NCBI GenBank assembly: GCA_964199315.1
Contig: OZ116702.1
Location: 13,640,001 to 13,704,000, forward strand
Origin: Orbicella franksi
Taxonomy: Eukaryota
Direction: 5' to 3'
Length of the DNA: 64,000 nt
The position numbers were made by a program, and so were the translations under genes. Positions 62,901-64,000 of the stretch are shown piece by piece (position 1 is the stretch's first letter; each line of letters starts with the position of its first letter). The notes beneath the pieces are model-generated. The model searched no databases and was not told the origin of the DNA. It saw nothing but the letters and a program-made list of their open reading frames with translations.

Positions 62901-63519
62901 TTACAAGACGATTTTTCAAGCTGATTTGAGGCAGATGTGCCACTCCGATACTGCTTGCTGATCTTTTCGTAAACATTTGAACGTATTCAGGCTTTACGAA
63001 ATCATAAAAATATAGTTTTTCATGCATGCTCAAAATTTCCACGTCACATTTTCACAGAACAAATTTTATCTTTTCATTCCAGAACCGTTTTGGTGCATTA
63101 GGAAATGGTTTACGCGCCAAAATAGTCCCCACATCTAAGAACATAAAGCCCTTGTTTCATGTTTATGGCTGATTGGTCCGTTATTAATCATGTAACAGAT
63201 TTTACGTCACTGCGAAGCTAAGGGAGTCAAGATATTATTGTTTGTCACAAGCTCAAGTAGTCAACAGACTTCTCTGTCTGACTGGACAGATCGGGAAATG
63301 CTAGAAGCAAAAGCTCAGGCAAAAATACAAAGAGAGAAAACTTCTTGGCCAGAAATTAACAACAATCCCCAGTTATATTATTTCATGCTCAAGGTTTAAG
63401 CTTTTCTTCGAGTCTCAAGCATAAGTGCACGGATTGTTTTGACCATTCCTTGTAGGCAACAAACAATTTATTTCATTGCGTATGCCTTATTCCGTCTCTT
63501 TACTGTTTTATATTGCAGA

Positions 63520-63683
63520 GAGTAAGTCAAAAGAAACCAAGTTTTACTTGGTTTGGTTTGTCAATGAATTAAAGTATGCAGTAGTTGAGGGAAAATACAT
63601 TGAGGAATTAAACCCAAAGACAAAAGACAAGGTGCATGTTAAAAGTGCCCATGGTTCTTGGGAGGGAGTGGTTTACACTTCAG
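63520..63683 (+). other. Probable exon of an unidentified gene running off the window
   Basis: Acceptor atattgcag and donor cag|gtatgt enclose KSKETKFYLVWFVNELKYAVVEGKYIEELNPKTKDKVHVKSAHGSWEGVVYTS (beta-rich, possibly Tudor/SH3-like). Confidence 0.3.
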
Positions 63684-64000
63684 GTATGTCCCAACTAAGA
63701 CAATTAGATAATTGTATGCAGGCTTCCAAGCGGTACAACCATCTTAAGTCTCTTTGGAGAAGAGCTTTGTTAAAACTTAAATGACGAAGATAAAAGTGAG
63801 CATCAGGTGCAAAGTGAAGAAAGGACAACAAAGAGGAAAGGTACTAATTAATGCAGTCTGATCTGTACAATAATTGTGATGAAGTAACCAGTATACTCTA
63901 TTTACCTATTTGTATTATACTCATGCTTTATGTATTTGAAAACACTTGCTTCTTTCGAAGAGCCAGAAGTTTCAAAATTATATCAAATGAATTCAGGCCT

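Noticed and set aside
1-64000. tRNA, rRNA, or prokaryotic/phage systems
   Set aside because: No cloverleaf, rRNA-like sequence or operon structure was seen; introns and eukaryotic TEs dominate.

Overview
AT-rich eukaryotic DNA with GT-AG introns, probably from an anthozoan cnidarian such as a stony coral (inferred from the TE families; not provable here). I see no recognisable intact host gene. The window is a nested cluster of transposable elements of very different ages: (1) a decayed RAG1/Transib/Chapaev-type transposase facing a chromodomain exon; (2) a young 5'-truncated Penelope-like retroelement with a perfect 354-bp inverted terminal repeat carrying a hammerhead ribozyme; (3) an 11.5-kb short-TIR element encoding a spliced Sola3-like DDD transposase that continues through a Ser/Ala/Thr/Gln repeat into a herpes-tegument-USP-like (peptidase C76-like) domain, plus a convergent RecQ-type HTH_40 gene; (4) a pogo/Tigger element inserted into (3), carrying an intact spliced HIRAN-domain cargo gene; (5) a very young full-length BEL/Pao LTR retrotransposon with no canonical PBS or PPT; (6) Ngaro/DIRS remnants; (7) autonomous and non-autonomous PIF/Harbinger elements; (8) a Zator-like remnant; (9) a canonical long-TIR Sola3 element and a solo Sola3 TIR; (10) a decayed hAT; and several MITEs. 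The best candidates for undescribed biology are the Sola-like transposase-protease + HTH_40 element (7321-18830) and the HIRAN-carrying Tigger (11124-14322). All domain calls come from motif recognition by eye, not from database searches.
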